A stretch of 64,000 nucleotides of DNA from Balanoglossus misakiensis (taxonomy: Eukaryota > Animalia > Hemichordata). The DNA lies in assembly GCA_040954595.2 (NCBI GenBank), contig CM082591.2, forward strand, positions 6,656,607 through 6,720,606, written 5' to 3'. The translations under genes and the position numbers were made by a program. Of the stretch, positions 37,701 to 51,745 are shown piece by piece (within the stretch, counting starts at the first letter, position 1; the number at the start of each line of letters is the position of its first letter). The notes beneath the pieces are model-generated. The model was not told the DNA's origin, searched no databases, and saw nothing but the letters and a program-made list of their open reading frames with translations.

Positions 37701-38133
37701 TGTTCTTCAGAAAGTGCTTGGAATTTTTCTTCAAACTCTGCAAGTTCTTCGTCAGTTAGGTCGTCCTAAATGAAAGCAAAAATTGCCATTTATGTTCTGT
37801 CTGTGTTACGTTCGCTTGAAAACTCACATGCTGCCCCTTAATAAAAAAATGGTTCGTGCGACAAAAGAATGAAACATGGCATTGTACGTGCATGTGTATG
37901 TGTACAGCACTAAGTATGCATACCCTCAGTTTCACAATGTATTCATCGTCTATTTTCTCATCTCCAGCATGAAGCAACGGAGCTTCAGTTTCACGTTTAA
38001 CAAAGCTTGGACGCAGAGCGCGGATTCTTCTCTGTTCTCTTAACTTCTCCTCTGATTTTCGGGATTCTGCGATCTGTATCCCAAGGAAGGCGATCACACA
38101 TAGCCAAATCACAACAGAGTGCAATTTGATCAT
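31757..38133 (-). CDS. Secreted subtilisin-like serine protease (S8A, proteinase K/PCSK9-like) with I9-type propeptide and two C-terminal PAN/apple domains, ~572 aa (protease A)
   Basis: Exons (-): 37924-38133 (signal [18 protein letters not shown]...), 37616-37765, 37353-37482, 36907-37019 (FDTG, Asp), 36326-36467 (HGTHVAG, His), 35984-36168 (AAGN), 34283-34454 (GTSMATPHV, Ser), 33638-33796, 32670-32888 (PAN1), 31774/31757-31995 (PAN2). All are GT-AG and in frame. The last exon may instead splice at 31774 to an exon near 31653. Confidence 0.9.
32940..33224 (+). mobile_element. Possible LTR-like insertion in the intron before the PAN exons
   Basis: TGTTAAG...AATAAA...TTCA with composition unlike the flanks. 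No clean TSD found. Confidence 0.3.
35078..35927. mobile_element. Composite TIR insertion in a protease A intron, absent from the paralogous intron
   Basis: Outer TIR TACACCCTTTTCA..TAGCGCCCTCATG / CATGAGGGCGCTA..TGAAAAGGGTGTA. Inner inverted repeat GACCCGAGTAGCGACCCGAG / CTCGGGTCGCTACTCGGGTC. The empty site CCATATTG is at about 47736-47743. Confidence 0.82.
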
Positions 38134-38321
38134 GGTTGTCTGAAATAGCATGATGTTGGATAAATATGTTATGGACACATCTTGACATTAACAAACAAAT
38201 ATCGCGGTTATGGTTTGTAGCCACAAGTACACGGGAAAGAAAATGTTCGGTTTAGTTTGCAAACAAACAATACGCAGATAAAAGTTCTAACGCTTCCGAC
38301 CGGAAATTACACAGACATTAT

Positions 38322-38828
38322 AGGCACATGAGCTGCAACTGGATATAAAAATTAAAGTTTTAAATAATCTCATATATGCTTTTAATTATGTCTATTAAAT
38401 GATATTTCATGATAATATATCAAGCTCAACACTTATTTATGACAAAATGGCAAAAAATTTAAGAAAAAATGGAAATTCCTGCAATTTTTTAAAAAGTGCA
38501 ATATTACAATGAAAAAGGAAAATATAATGTCTCAGCGGAGTACATTTACTTCCATGAGCTCAAGTGGATGAGATCATGTTTTGTTTATGAAATTTCATAA
38601 CTGGAAATGCAACATTTTCGTTGTTTCTTGCATTTTCCCCACGTTGGCGGCCATATTCGCTTGCGGCAAAGCTTTATTATTTATCTGGTTAAAACTTGCA
38701 TATGCACTCATATTTAGGGATTATAATGCTTGTGTTTAGTTCACTGCCTTCATCTGCATGGACTAATGGTAGTGCAGTTTGAAACAAAGATTATGATAAT
38801 TATCCCAAAAGTTGCAGCTTATGTGCCT
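38322..38828. mobile_element. Kolobok/T2-like MITE with a TTAT target duplication
   Basis: TTAT|AGGCACATGAGCTGCAACT...AGTTGCAGCTTATGTGCCT|TTAT. The empty site ATTATGCACG is visible in the local duplicate at about 39401. Confidence 0.82.
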
Positions 38829-39584
38829 TTATGCACGACGACCACTCAAAAAAAAAAGTACACACATGCAATCAATGCGAATCCCGAGGAGCCGCCCAAA
38901 ACCGCATTCAGCAAATCAGTGGTGGTGGAAATACAGAAGTGTGGACGGAAAGCTGAACAAAGCCTTTATCAAAATCATGGGAAATGTAACTTGTGTATTT
39001 TCTATGAGTTAATGGATTGGATGCACTACCACAGGTGACTTAACCCCCGTTAGTCAGGATCCATTAATTCATGAAAATAATTTTCATTTCTCCATGTATC
39101 GAATTCTGAATCTTGACATACCTTCCTCACTTATTTTGGGCAAAAAATTAAAAACAATTCAAAATAATGACGCATTAGTACATCTTCAAGCACAAAGAAA
39201 ATGCCGAAAAGAATGGACTAAAACTTAAAGCAAAAGTTCCACCAAAACCTAAAGACTGGATGCAATATGGATGCAACATGCATCAATATCGCGGTTATGG
39301 TTTGTAGCCACGAGTACACGGGGAAAATGTTCGGTTTAGTTTGCAAACAAACACTACACAGATAAAAGTGCTAACGCTTCCGACCGGAAATTACACAGAT
39401 ATTATGCACGACGACCACTCAAAAAAAACAAAACAAAACATACATATATGCAATTAATGCGAATCCAGCAATCAGGTGTTTTTGCGGTTTATATACACAG
39501 ACCTGTGCAATGTTAGTGCAGTTGGTAAAGGAATTCATACAATTTGTAGTGCGCAGAATACCGTCGACGACAAGTTAAACATAC

Positions 39585-39700
39585 CTTTGCTGATGCCACT
39601 GCCCGAGTCACATACGATGGAAGTCGAACAGCCGAGTTAGCTCCCAGACGCCTTCCTACAAAATGTACACAGCTTTCTTTCCGTACGATGACTTTATAAA
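39585..39700 (-). promoter_or_regulatory. Putative TATA box and non-coding exon 1 of protease A
   Basis: TATAAAG on - at 39692-39698 and donor AAG|GTATGT at 39585. The first coding exon has an acceptor 6 nt before the ATG, which implies an upstream UTR exon. Similar to 51641-51745. Confidence 0.5.
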
Positions 39701-40498
39701 CATTCAGTTGTGTCCGTTAGTATTGAAATAGATAATGCCACGTTGCCGATCCCGTGCATATTATTTACTTTAACAATAGCAAAGTACGTACCTCAGTCTT
39801 AATTTCCTGGTAAACGATCGGGAGATCAATCATCCTGACAACTGTGCCCGCAAAATTACATTTTAATATAACCACGAATAGAACATTTCTTTGTGTCTAA
39901 TATATTTTTTTCTCAAAGACCACAATCCCACTTTTTAATTTGATGCCACTTTTAAAAAATGGATAAGTTCTGGTGAAATTTTCCTGGCTAATTTTTGTAA
40001 TAGTGATGTTTACACTGTCTTGTGTTTAACTTTTGAGGAGTTATTTTAAAGTTTTGAAATTCTTTGAAATTCTGTACATTTATATGCCCAGCTGACAGCA
40101 CGGGGCGTAAGTTGGTTTTGTAAATATTTCCCCTCTGAATTTTACCATGGTAACTGTTAAGTGTGTCTTATCAATTTAAAGCTAATTAAATCTGCTGTCT
40201 AAAATCATACGATATGATGTTACATTTCGTCATTGATGTGATATGGGGTCAAATGCCATCTGGGTAACGTGAAGTCACTGGTAAAAAGTTCCGATTCAAT
40301 GTTGCTTCTTGTCCAACAACACAGACATGTTCCTCTATTGATTATCCTATAAACAAAGTGCAGATACAAATCGATGAACATATTTTGGTCAATTAGAATA
40401 TGCCCAAACATAACAAGACATCCGGTGGTATTGGTTAGCCTCGATTTTTTGACATGTAGGGTAAGCCCCAAGTGGGGCTGTTTGTTTGGTTTCATACT

Positions 40499-40602
<104 letters not shown>

Positions 40603-41831
40603 GGACATTGCATATGACCTTGAAATTTGGCATGTAGCACAATGGCCGTTCATTTTACAAAGATTTTGTACAGAAATTTGAATATTTTTACAAAGATTTT
40701 GTACAGAAGTTTGAATATTTTTCCGCAGATGAGGTTAATTTTAGAATTGAAATCTAATAGGGTTGGCATGTCATTTTACCCATACATGTATCGCTGTTGT
40801 CATATGGACAAACATTATTTTCGATGGTGTTTACCTATCTCCTATATTCCAAGTCAATAATGCGACTCGTGGTCAACACCCAAATTGCCTTGCATTGAAC
40901 ACTAGGACAAAATCATACACGAAAAAACACCATGTACAAATTTGTGGACTTTGTATGAAGGTCATACATCCCCCCTTTCTTTTAAATTTAGTAACGGCCT
41001 AGATGCAAACAAACATTCCATTTTACTGTGTAATTGATTTTTCTTTTGTTGGAAACATACATTCATAAAAAAATGTTGCTGGTACACAAATACCTTATTA
41101 AAATGCAAAAATAAACTGAAGCTTAGGCTGATCCAAATAGTCAAGCGGATCAATGAGTCAAAACGGAGAAAAATCCGAATGCACTTATTACTATAAGCAC
41201 GAATAGGAGGGGGGGGGTCTCGGAAGACTTGATAATAATACACCTCGACGTTCAGTTGATTCTTCGTTTTTCCAAGGAAGTAGGCAAGATATTCACAAAA
41301 AGGCCTACTTTAAACACATCTAGTATTAGACACTACTCTACCCTTCATGAATAAAACTTTAGACCAATGATATGCTTACATGGATATTTCATCGGTTTAC
41401 ATGATACAAAGTCATCACGGCTACGGTCTCTATGCATAGCCTACGTACTTTTCGAAACTATCCCGGCGACACTCCACCACGTCCTCACGGAGTGTCAAAA
41501 CCCTCTCTCAAATAGCAGTTCTTTATCATATATTTTTGAAAATAATTTTCACTCACTCTTAGTCTGTGTAATGAGATATTAGCATAGGTACAAAGATGAG
41601 AGAAACCAACATCACTTGCAATTTTTAAAACTCGCACGAAAAAATATCATAAAAGTGGCCGAATATATCGGTGTATTATGGTGCTGAGCGTACATCCTTG
41701 TAAAGTGGAGGCGACGCCCAATCATGGTGAAAATAAATGTAGACAGAATTAAATTTACTAACAACCCTGCTTTATTAGACGGACGGGCAATCTATTTGTC
41801 CATGACTAAAAAGATAGTGATAACAAAATCT

Positions 41832-42290
41832 TGAACAGAAATCAAGAATTCACTTTTTCACTGTAGCTATACGCATTTTCGATCATCTCATTTACAGCGC
41901 ATGTGCAAGACGCATTCAAATGGAAAAAAGTGCTATTTTAGACAACCACTTAAACATTGCAATTGGACAAACACAGTTTTTGTATTTTAAATTAACAACT
42001 ATACGCGCACCCATATGTCCGTCTATTTTTACAGATTTTCCCTGTTAAGAACAGAAATCAAGAATTCACTTTTTCTCTGTAGCTATACGCATTTTCGATC
42101 ATCTCATTTACATCGCATGTGCAAGACGCATTCAAATTGAAAAAGTGCTATTTTAGACAACCAATTTAAAATTGCAATTGGACAAACACAATTTTTATAT
42201 TAACATCGTAAATTGTGGTATTTTAAATTAACAACTATATATATATGCGCAACCATATGCCCGTCTTTTTTACAGTTTTACTCTATTAAG
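41832..42290. repeat. Two tandem copies of a ~217-bp unit
   Basis: GAACAGAAATCAAGAATTCACTTTT...CCGTCT at 41832 and 42049. Confidence 0.85.
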
Positions 42291-43142
42291 ATATTTTTGG
42301 CTTGTAATTGTGTTGAAATAAATTGAATAGATGACCAACAAAATTGATTTGTCTTGTCACCATGTTTGCTCTCGGGGTCAATATGTGTCTATACCAGTCT
42401 CTCTGTCTATCTGTCTGTCTTTCCTTGCCATCAGGTATATCTCAATTTCGTTAGAGGCAAGGACTGCAGGGCAAGCAAATATTCTCCTAAGCATTTCTTC
42501 ATTTTCTGCTGCGATTGATGCACAATAACATTGTGTTCCATTCGATGACACTGCGCCGACTCTGTGAAGGTTGTAACATTTCCAGACAATGTTTCAACAG
42601 TGTGATACGAAGAGGTCATTTTCGAGTGGCCTCTGATAATTCTCACCGGAAATCGGGTCTTTACTCCGATCAACTATAGTTATACACATCCTTCGCCCTT
42701 ATTCAGTAGTTACCCACGCAGTGGCATTTCAGAAAATAAATTCCCTCCAACTACTTTCAATCTCTAATCATTCAGCGGACTACAATGTCATAATGCTTCA
42801 TCTCAAGCCGAGGGCGCATGACACTCTAATATTCAATAATAATAAACACTAAACACTAACAAGATAGAGCGAAAGGCCAAGTAACCTTGACATTTATTAG
42901 AATGTGAAAATGTGTAAACGTTTCAAAATTCCTCGCCAGTTTCCTCAAAACGGCAGAAAAACACAGTAAAACCTCAAACAAAGGAGGTCACAGTTCAAAG
43001 GTCAACTGGCGAGGAAAAGCTTACAATTATAACCGTTGCTGTCTTCTCTTTTCAAGTTGAACCTACTTGCCATAAACATAGAGATGGTATATGTGACGAT
43101 TCTGAGCCCCGTTCACATGTCAGTGATGCAGCCCTCATCTTA

Positions 43143-44773
43143 TTCTCTGATATCAAATGACGTCAGACGCTCTCGGTCACAGTTACGTTAATAGCATGCC
43201 AATTTCCAGATAACGGGCAGCGTGGTGCAGACAAAAACTGTGCAGACAGTGAGGCTGATAAGGCACCATACCCGATAGTCTGGTTCCCTGCCCCAATCCC
43301 ACCGCTGGCTGCGCTACCAGACTACATATACCCGATACATCTTACGTGTTTGGTGGTTCTAAAGTAAAAACATACTCCGAAAAACTTTTACTGGATGTTG
43401 AAATATTGCCTGCCCGTCATCTGGAAATGACAACGCCGTGGGTCACATGGCCAGATCACGTGATTGATAGTAAAGCATAAGGTGGTGAGGTTCACGCGCA
43501 AAGCACAATGGGAGTTCCAACGTAAGTAACCTTTCATTTGAATTCCGTCTTGCCTCGAGTACACACGTTTGATGTGTCTGGCCGATCACTTTCTTTGAAC
43601 CTTTTCCGTAGGATAGTTTCGATTTTTGTGACACCGGACGTTTAGTTGTGTACGTATTGGTAACAAGTTCGTTCTCTGTGATATTCTTTTAGCTCGCATG
43701 ACGTTTTTAACCGTCTATTCGGATCGATGTATTGGCCGCGGGGCTATGCGCATACGTCGACGGGGAGTAGCTGCATGATGCCCGCTGAGCGTGAAAAGCT
43801 TTACCGTAGGCCAACATAGTGTTGCAGCTTTTCGATTCGTTCTATTACAGCGCAGTTATCTTCTAAAATATGTCCAGTATTTTAAAAAATCCCATACCAA
43901 ACCGCAAATAAATGAATACCAAAAGATTGTTATTTTATTTTACGCACAATGAGTACAAGAAGTACATGTATGTACTCTGTAAATATGTGGTTATTTACGC
44001 AAGTCAAACGGCGCGCGTCCCTCACTACCACACAAAATATCCTAAAGAAGTGCTTGAACGAAATTTTTACTGCCACTGGAATGGTGCCAAAGCGAGCGGA
44101 ATGTCGTTTTGGTCTTTCAGGAACGTGTTAACTGTAATCACTATCAGTGTTCTCAAATAGTGCACTTTGGAAGGTTTGGAGTAGACGATTGTTCTGATGT
44201 TTTTATGGTGTTTTGTTTTGCTATGGATTATTTTATAATCTGAATTAAAGATGAAATAATAATAAAATAATAATAATAATAATAAACAATACGGTTAATT
44301 AAGCAATACCCCTGCCGCAGGCGGGTATACACGAGATTTGGGTACAATTCGAGATATATTATAGCACGAGCCATCAGGCGAGTGCTATATGGAGCGAATT
44401 GTACCCAACAAAGCTGTGCGCTCGCTGTTTAGTCTGCCTGCCAACTTCAAACTACGTCGCCCGAGTACGAATGTTACCAACAGTACGCCATGATGACAGC
44501 TGACATACGGAGTGAAAACACACAAAAAATCACAACTCGGAACAAAATCGATAGCAGGTTCCACATAGATCGATGCTAACACACATGAACTTATAAAAAT
44601 CGGATTGGTTTTTCGTTCAAACGAGGTTTCCTTTACATAACCTACGAAAACATAAGTCGATTGCGTATATACAGAAAGCTACACGCGTGACACTGCTAGG
44701 TCGACCATGTTCTGTTCATGAAGAGCAGGTTAAGCCGGAAGTGACGACGTGACCCACACCACCTCGTAAAGAA
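43143..44773. mobile_element. ~1.6-kb insertion with TA duplication, probably non-autonomous DNA transposon(s)
   Basis: The paralogous flank at ~29950-29975 reads CCTCATCTTATAGTCTGAAT. Here it is split as CCTCATCTTA|TTCT...AGAA|TAGTCTGAAT. There is an internal palindrome at 44340-44407. Confidence 0.7.
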
Positions 44774-45667
44774 TAGTCTGAATATCTGTCGCCTGTCCAT
44801 CGACCGTTCGTCCGCTGTCAAACAGCAATTACTTTTTGAAAAGTTGATGTCCCTGCAGCTTCGACTATTCACTCTGTCTGATGTCAGTCAAATGTGTTGT
44901 AATCCTGACGAAATCTGCAGTTATGCATCTTTGGGATACTTTTTTGTTTTGGTTAAAAAATCTTCAACCATCTTCTTCTTAGTACCCGCTTTGATATACT
45001 ATAGCATTGCATGTAGTCTAGATGTATAGGTTTACAATTTATTCAATTTGTAGCGAAATCAGTCTTCTATTTACAATATATTCACCATTTTAGTCAAAAT
45101 TCGTGTTAAGAACTGCTTGACGATTATTTCCTAGAGTTTGGAAGGTCGTCTATTGCACTACATGGAAAGCGTTTTTTTAGAATTAAATATTATTATTATT
45201 ATTACTGCATTTCGGAATCCCTCATACACACAACAGGCAAGTGAGTCGAATCCACATGTTGCCCGTCCATGCATTGATACACCCACATAAATACAAATCA
45301 GTCCATCCATTTATCCATCAAGATTATGTGTCTCTATTGTCACATGCTTTACTTCTCATACATATAACTTCAGACCACCATATGCTTAGATAGATATTTT
45401 ATTTAGTTAATCATTCTTGATTACATGTAATTCGGCATTATCAAGGAAACCCGCAACCAATGAAAATGTTCAGAATGGGCGTATAGTCTTCTCACGTTTC
45501 CCTGGGTAAAGTGGTTCCAAGGTACATTATGCTGGATAAAACAGGACAAAACGAAAGAAGTATTAGGAATATTTTCAAGAAATGAAGTAAGATCATCCAT
45601 CAATAAATCAACCAAGCAAGCATTCAATCAATCTGTCAAACATTAATACCAATAATCAGTCAATTCG

Positions 45668-47307
45668 TCAGTCAGTCACTACTGAACCCGAAACAGAGGA
45701 ATATTCTCTGGCTTTAATGCAAAAAACGCATCAATAATTATGTGCACATTAAAAGCATGATTTTATTCTTGTTTATTTTCTAAGCATATATCGACTTTTC
45801 GTGTCACTTTGGATACTGACATTCTTGCACTGTTTAACATAATTTCAATGAATAATATTTTTTGACTAATTTTATCTCACCGAATGTGTATATTTGTCAT
45901 CATGTGATTTAAACACAAATATGTATATAGTATTTATTTGTTTAATTGACTTCCTATTTTAGACAACCAATTAAAAATTGCAATGGTGCAAACAAAATTG
46001 AGGTATTGTAAGTCAACAAATATGTACACGCATATTCGTTTACTAGCACCCATGTACCCGTCTTTTTTATATTTTAATCGTTCAGGATATATTTGGCTTG
46101 TAATTGTGTTGCGAATAAATAAAATTGAATAGATGACCAACAAAATTGATTTGTCTTGTCACCATGTTTGCTCTCGGGGTCAATATGTGTATATACCAGT
46201 TTCTCTGTCTATCTGTCTGCATTTCCTTGCCATCAGGTATATCTCAATTTCGTTAGAGGCAAGGGCAAGCAAATATTCTCTTAAGAATTTCTTACATTTT
46301 CAATGACTATAGAGAGATTCAATACATTATGACACACTCATGTGGTAAGTACGTCTGTCTATATCACCGGCATGATTGCAAAGTCAATGTAACATGATTG
46401 AAAAGCTGATCTAGCTTCCCTAAAATATTTTTCACGGGATTAGAGCTTTCGATACTATGTGAGGACTTACCGCTTGGAATCTGCAGAAGTTTGTTGGGGG
46501 TTTGTCCACGATGGGGTTCGGGTACGCCAGATAGATCGATTTTGTTGGACGCCGCAGCGTTCGTCAATGCATCCAACACCTGGTTTTGTGTAAGGCCGTT
46601 GTTTTGTTCGAGAAGCAGGGCTGCAACACCTTTGAAGAAAATATTGAGGAGAAAAACATATCAACACACAAGCTTGTAGACACATTGTACTGTCGAATGG
46701 GGTCTATAGCACAATTAATTTGTTTAACGCTCTTATATTCAACTATCGACTTCACTAATGACGTCATGTGCTATACAGAGTGCATTTTGTGGTCATGATT
46801 TCACCATGCTTGAAGATCCCCGTTGCCATGCCACAGTTTGAAAACAAACATAATGGGATATTTTTGCACAACAATCAGTGTCATATTAATAGCCAGAGTC
46901 ACAGTACTGAACATTACAGTCTGATAGAGTACCACCCAACTTTGTATTGCATGATAGTGTGGAACAATTAACCCACAAGATTTATCCATAATTTGGTAAC
47001 TTCTGATAGGCAATAGTGGACCACTTTGATTTAAATAAATAATTGTACATGTTTAATAGGGTCAAATTCTTTCAAATTCCTTTGCCGTATGACACACTAA
47101 GATACCCTTACCAGAGACATGGGGCGTGGCCATCGAGGTTCCACTCATGTGTGTATAGAAGAAATCATCAAAGTGGCTAGCACTTCTGATTTCAGACCCA
47201 GGTGCAAGAATGTTGACACAACCGCCGTAATTTGAATACCAGGCGAAGTCATCATTGTATTCTGTTGCTCCCACTGTAATTGCCTGTAAGACATTGACCG
47301 TGGATGG

Positions 47308-47356
<49 letters not shown>

Positions 47357-50300
47357 GCCTTTATTTCCAATTAATGTTGACATGTACGTTCGAGGGAAAT
47401 TCATAGAGCATGTGTTTACTATGTAGCTCATGTCATCTAGATGTATCATACACGAAATCACCACTTTTCACCACTGACCTTTTTGGTGGAGCGCGCACAC
47501 ACATTAAATTGCACAGCAAATGACTTTATGCAAGAATTCCCTGTATTCTTGATTCATAAAAATGTCTAAAACAGTGATTATGTCCCTTAAAATGGTTACA
47601 ACTGTAACAATGTAAAATGCCAGATTGGTGCTTCTCATAAAAGGTACGCAAATGCGCATAAATATTTTATTCTTGCACTTTTGTACGCGTCGTGCCTTAC
47701 GTGCTTATCGAGGAACCTCACAATAAATGGCTGTACCATATTGTACTTTTGGCATTGCTCATATTTCAGGGCATCATCACTCTCCATGTAACATACCTCA
47801 GGCGCCGATGCTGGTGACTTCGTGCATGCGTCAGTTTGCTCGTTTCCAGCTGCAACAACCACGATATATCCAGCAGTGGTCAAACGCTGAACTGCCAAAT
47901 TCACAGCTGCGGAAGATCCACCACCCAATGACATAGAAGCCACTGCAGGTAACATGTTTGAAGCGGCAAGGTAATCCATAGCTTTGAAGATAAAATGGTC
48001 ATAAATTAAAAGAAATGTAGGAACCTGTCGAAAAAATCCTGCCTCATGTCATTGTATTTAAAACCTTCCAGAACCTAACATTTGTACATATATTGGGTAA
48101 TTGTACAGTTGTTGCAATCGGCTGGCCTCACTGGAGAAAAGAAGAACCACTCCCGTCATTCTTAATTTGAATTGTAATACTTAATTTGCATGTCAATACT
48201 TTATTTGAATATGAGAAAGGTAATAGTTTTTTTCTCACTGTAGTTAAAGTTTTGGCCCAAGAATTGTAAATAGTTTTTTGTCTGAATGGGTCTATTAGTT
48301 CGTATTATTCGTATTCGTCGTCGTATCCATGGCCGAATATACCGTCGATTAGAGATTGTACTTCTTCGCAACACTCACCTCCAATTAATTCACCGCTTGT
48401 CCCGGTACCGAAGCAATTCAAAACTCGTACTGAGTGTAAAATAACACCAGGTGCAACACCAACAGTGCTTCCGCCTATTGTACCAGCCGCGTGAGTTCCA
48501 TGTCCGTGACAGTCGACTCCCTGTTAAATAGTAACCATTGCGTGAATTGTGAATGTTAACCAGATGGAACATGAGTGAAATGTAACATTTCTCCACGACA
48601 ACCTATTCTCACACACATACAATCACGTAACCATGTACTGACAATCGATTTGTCCACCAGCCCAGTTGATAGGAATCATATTCATAATTTACACTGAAAA
48701 TCACAAAAGACATGACAGGAAACATCGTCAATAATGTGCGCTGTATTTTATAGCCAATAGTTAACAATCTAAACTGCATATTCTATTATTTAATGTAGGC
48801 TATGGCCTAAAATCTCGTTTTGATTGGTAGTGCAATTTCAATGCAGTCACACAAGTCGTTTTGATTGTGTATGTGTGTTATTTAGGTAGCACCGTTATTG
48901 ATACAAAATTTTACAAATACAACTTACATCCCGTCCGTCCCAGAAGGCATCGTAGAATCGAACTGCTCTCCCACCAAACTCGTTGTGAGTTAAACGTATA
49001 CCAGTATCAAAAACAAAGACATTGACACCACTACCATCCCCTGTGGAGTAGAGAAACCTACCAGTAAGGTCGTTTTAGGTGAACTTTTGTTTAACCGTGA
49101 ATTACCTTTAACAATTCCAATGGTGGAATTAAAAATGACAGCCAAACTCCCTAGTTACATGTATGTACATTCCATTAAGATCAAAATGTTATTGACTTAT
49201 TCGAGTGATTGTTAGCTTCCAATTAAAGCATAGATGAAGATTAAATTTGGGTTAATTTGAAGGTAATACCTGACCTATTCATCTTCTTCCGGAAAATAAA
49301 TAGTTTTTGATGGAAGGTAGATTTTATGAAACCTGCACTGTCTAATGAGGTTTGTTAAAGTGCCTAATGTCTTACCATATGGGTAGGGGGAATAGAGATT
49401 GTCCAAAGGGAGGTCGGGCTGATCAATCCTGTCTAAACCCCATTCCTCTTCTGCATGGATCACTTCGTCTTCTTCTACGAATTCGACCTCATCTAGCCAA
49501 CGGAGCTGTGGCAGAAATTTAACATACAAGAAAGCATACATACATACATACATACATACATACATACATACATACATACATACATACATACATACATACA
49601 TACATACATACATACATACATACATACATACATACATACATACATACATACATACATACATACATACATACATACATACATACATACATACATACATACA
49701 TGCACACATGCACACATGCACACATGCACACATGCACACATACACACATACATACATACATACATACATACATACATACATACATACATACATACATACA
49801 TACATACACACACACATGCACACATGCACACATGCACACATGCACACATGCATACATACATACATACATACATACATACATACATACATACATACATACA
49901 TACATACATACATACATACATACATACATACATACATACATACATACATACATACATACATACATACATACATACATACATACATACATACATACATGCA
50001 TGCATGCATACATACATACATACATACATACATACATGCATACATACATACATACATACATGCATACATACATACATACATACATGCATACATACATACA
50101 TACATACATACATACATACACACATGCACACATGCACACATGCACACATGCACACATGCACACATGCACACATGCACACATGCACACATGCACACATGCA
50201 CACATACATACATGCATACATGCATACATGCATACATACATACATACATACATACATACATACATACATACATACACACATGCACACATGCACACATGCA

Positions 50301-50369
50301 CACATGCACACATACACACATACACACATACACACATACATACATACATACATACATACATACATACAT

Positions 50370-50418
<49 letters not shown>

Positions 50419-51000
50419 TACAAATGTAAAATAAATAATACATACTATATGGACTGCGTCTCCAGGAATTCTAGCAACAAAGCCTTTCATCAGTCTTGTC
50501 ACATTTATTTGAAAGTCAATATGCAATCCATGTTCTTTAGAAAGTGCTTGGAATTTTTCTTTGAACGCTGCCAGATCATCATCTGTTAGGTCGTCCTGTA
50601 TCGAAACCGAAATTACATTTTTGCATTTATGTTTAGTCTGTGTACGTCTGCAGTTCATTTATTTTTATTTGTTTCACAATATACAAACCTAGAAAATGCC
50701 AAAAGAAAACTAAAACTCACATGTTCACCACAACATAACGTAGCATGGCCAATTTCTTTTAAATGGATAAATAGTTATGAATCTGCTTACCTTTACTTTC
50801 ACAATGTATTCATCATCTATTTTCTCATCTCCAGCATGTATCAACGGAGCTTCAGTTTCACGTTTAACAAAGCTTGGACGCAGAGCGCGGATTCTTCTCT
50901 GTTCTCTTAACGTCTCCTCCGACTTTCGGGATTCTGCAATCTGTATCCCAAGGAAGGCGATCACACATAGCCAAATCACAACTGAGTGCGATTTGATCAT
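45668..51000 (-). CDS. Second tandem S8A proteinase K/PCSK9-like secreted protease without PAN domains, ~434 aa (protease B)
   Basis: Exons (-): 50791-51000, 50446-50595, 49376-49505, 48928-49040 (FDTG), 48379-48520 (HGTHAAG), 47797-47981, 47112-47283 (GTSMATPHV), 46471-46629, and candidate last exon 45668-45711 (AREYSSVSGSVVTD*). Exon lengths are identical to protease A (210,150,130,113,142,185,172,159). Confidence 0.88.
47306..47354. repeat. (GAT)n microsatellite next to the acceptor of the catalytic-Ser exon; paralogous to 34470-34525
   Basis: Direct reading. Confidence 0.9.
48132..48373 (-). mobile_element. Candidate solo LTR (242 bp) inserted in a splice donor of protease B
   Basis: On - reads TGTTGCG...AATAAA...TTCTCCA (TG...CA), flanked by a 5-bp direct repeat CTCAC (48127-48131 and 48374-48378). 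Absent at the paralogous site 36321-36325. Confidence 0.75.
49535..50421. repeat. (CATA)n/(CACATGCA)n compound microsatellite filling a protease B intron
   Basis: Direct reading. Confidence 0.97.
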
Positions 51001-51640
51001 GGTTGTCTGAAACAACGGGATGTTGAACAGGAATGTTATGGAGATGATTTGACATATTGCAGTTATGGCTTGAAACGTTTACAGCCACAAGTACACATGG
51101 ATTAAAGTGCAAGGGGAACTTTACAAACAAATGCGTTTCTTATATTGACGTTCTCTGCAAATTGACGAAGTCGCTAAATTACACATTGTTTGGATTATTG
51201 TACTTTTGTTTTGGGAGTTCATTCAACTTCTTCATTGAGTTATGTTAAACGACTGGTCTTCACAACAGTTTCTCACTTCTCATGCGAAAACCGGGAAACT
51301 GAAACCAAATTTCAACTTTTCAGGGAAAAAAGAAAAGAAAAATGTACATTGTTGAGAAATGTGGCTAGGTAGTCGAATACAATAAGAATAAAGTGAAAGT
51401 TCAACTCATAGCATATGCCATGGGTGCACATTGGTTTGGTTTTGATGCATGTTAGACACCCGTGTTTCCGTTGGATCTTATCAGTGAGCAGGATATAAAT
51501 CTTTGTCTGTATCTTCAACTTGAAAAACAACGACTTTCATTAACTCAACTAATCATGATTACTGGATTGTATGGTTATACCAAAACGAATGACGACTGAA
51601 TGTTTGGTATGTACATCTAAGTTACAAGTCACATACATAC

Positions 51641-51745
51641 CTTAGTGCTGTAGTTTACACAGAGGATGAAGTCGAGCTGCTGAGCTGGTCACTGATGCCG
51701 AAGTGGAAACTTGTAACAACTGTTCTCTCGATACACTGGCTTTAA
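51641..51745 (-). promoter_or_regulatory. Putative non-coding exon 1 and core promoter of protease B
   Basis: Donor AAG|GTATGT at 51641. GATGAAGTCGAGCTGCTGAG resembles GATGGAAGTCGAACAGCCGAG at ~39616. TTTAAAG lies at the TATA-equivalent position. Confidence 0.45.
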
